Shown here one piece after another: positions 31,319 to 32,000 of a stretch of DNA of 32,000 nt. Source of the DNA: Candidatus Hadarchaeota archaeon (GTDB lineage Archaea; Hadarchaeota; Hadarchaeia; Hadarchaeales; Hadarchaeaceae). The notes under the pieces were generated by a model. That model was given only the letters and a program-made list of their open reading frames with translations. It made no database searches and had not been told where the DNA came from. Positions within the stretch are counted from its first letter, which is position 1. Each line of letters starts with the position of its first letter. The translations under genes were made by a program, and so were the position numbers. The stretch lies in assembly GCA_964514965.1 (NCBI GenBank), contig CAZETV010000001.1, forward strand, positions 390,001 through 422,000, given 5' to 3'.

Positions 31319-32000
31319 CTACCTCTTTTTAAGGTCTGAAACAGGTACGTAGCACTTACTGCATATCGGGATTTCGGAATACCTGCTGGCGATATGGGCA
31401 CTTCGAATTTTTTCATATTTCTCGTTGTGCCAGATGTCCTTCAGTTTCTCTTTCCTAGCGTCTCCCATAATCGATTCCCTTTTGTTGTCGACACAGCATA
31501 AGGTGACGATACCATCCCACATTATGAACATTCGTTGGAACAGTTGAGCGCAGACGAAGTTTGGGTTGTAATATTCAGGATACCCCTTCCATTCTTTTGT
31601 ATAATCGATGAGTTCCCCGTAGCCTACTAGGTCTATCCCAAGCACCCCGAAACCAAATTTTTTGTAATCCTCAAGTTCCTCCCTCGGGTTCCCCATTACG
31701 ACCATTGAGGCCCGCGTCTGCACGTGTTTGTAGCCGAGTTCGTTCCTGAGTTCAACAAACTTCTTGATGTTGGCCACAACCCGTTGAAAGTCTGCCCCGA
31801 TTCTTATCTGGTTATATTTTTCCGGATAGGGAGAATCGACCGAGAAAAATATGCTGTCCAAACCGGCATCGAGAAGCTTGCGCGACATATCCTCCGTTAG
31901 GGCGACGGCATTTGTGTTGAACATGACCTCAATAACCCCCTTTTCCTTGGCGTAACTCACCTGTTCAACTACATCGGGGTGGATCAGGGGTTCGCCGAGA
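31319..32000 (-). CDS. Radical SAM enzyme with SPASM/twitch-like Cys-rich C-terminal domain, 5' end outside window
   Basis: The frame stays open to the window edge (…LGEPLIHPDVVEQVSYAKEKG). TIM-barrel radical SAM core motifs are present (NTNAVALT, FFSVDS). C-terminal cysteines: CAQL...TLCCVDN...ICSKC. Confidence 0.7.
   Translation of the reverse strand, partial: LGEPLIHPDVVEQVSYAKEKGVIEVMFNTNAVALTEDMSRKLLDAGLDSIFFSVDSPYPEKYNQIRIGADFQRVVANIKKFVELRNELGYKHVQTRASMVVMGNPREELEDYKKFGFGVLGIDLVGYGELIDYTKEWKGYPEYYNPNFVCAQLFQRMFIMWDGIVTLCCVDNKRESIMGDARKEKLKDIWHNEKYEKIRSAHIASRYSEIPICSKCYVPVSDLKKR

Noticed and set aside
1-32000. CRISPR arrays, transposases or IS elements, integrases, and rRNA genes.
   Set aside because: I saw no regularly spaced direct repeats, no ORF with transposase or integrase motifs, and no rRNA-like sequence on either strand.

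Overview
This is an archaeal chromosomal window. Archaea-specific markers include eS19, eL39, eL31, LX, aIF6, prefoldin alpha, Nep1, RNase P Rpp21 and a tRNA with a bulge-helix-bulge intron. I see three blocks. (i) 1-13.5 kb is GC-rich, tightly packed housekeeping DNA. It holds the 3' part of a FlaJ/TadC-like membrane protein, two tandem Lrp/AsnC regulators set in extremely AT-rich spacers, tRNA-Gly(GCC), nep1-rnp4, the conserved string rps19e-PDCD5-rpl39e-rpl31e-eif6-rplX-pfdA-ftsY, gatCAB, an AmmeMemoRadiSam-type radical SAM enzyme and a GlmM-like mutase. (ii) 13.5-19.9 kb is a mosaic that starts at an intron-containing tRNA-Arg(UCU). It holds a HEPN-MNT cassette bracketed by a duplicated tRNA 3' segment, a creatininase-family gene, a WbpE/WbpB-like aminotransferase/oxidoreductase pair, hicBA and a GT4 glycosyltransferase. 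(iii) 19.9-32 kb is a single, clearly AT-richer, 12-gene minus-strand operon. It encodes a legionaminic-acid-type nonulosonic acid pathway (PglF/WbpM-type dehydratase, DegT aminotransferase, NeuC, NeuB, NeuA). It also carries extra chemistry: an acetyltransferase-formyltransferase fusion, a second divergent NeuB plus SpsF-type cytidylyltransferase, a Gfo/Idh/MocA oxidoreductase plus class-III aminotransferase pair, a methyltransferase and a radical SAM/SPASM enzyme. Hand reading found several things the ORF track hides. rpl39e is too short to be listed. The 578-aa ORF is a +1-frameshifted methyltransferase running into a separate oxidoreductase. neuA has its catalytic N-terminus upstream of any ATG/GTG/TTG and probably starts at ATT behind a strong SD. 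The tRNA-Arg has a 16-nt intron at position 29/30. All family assignments come from motif recognition by eye; no database search was possible.
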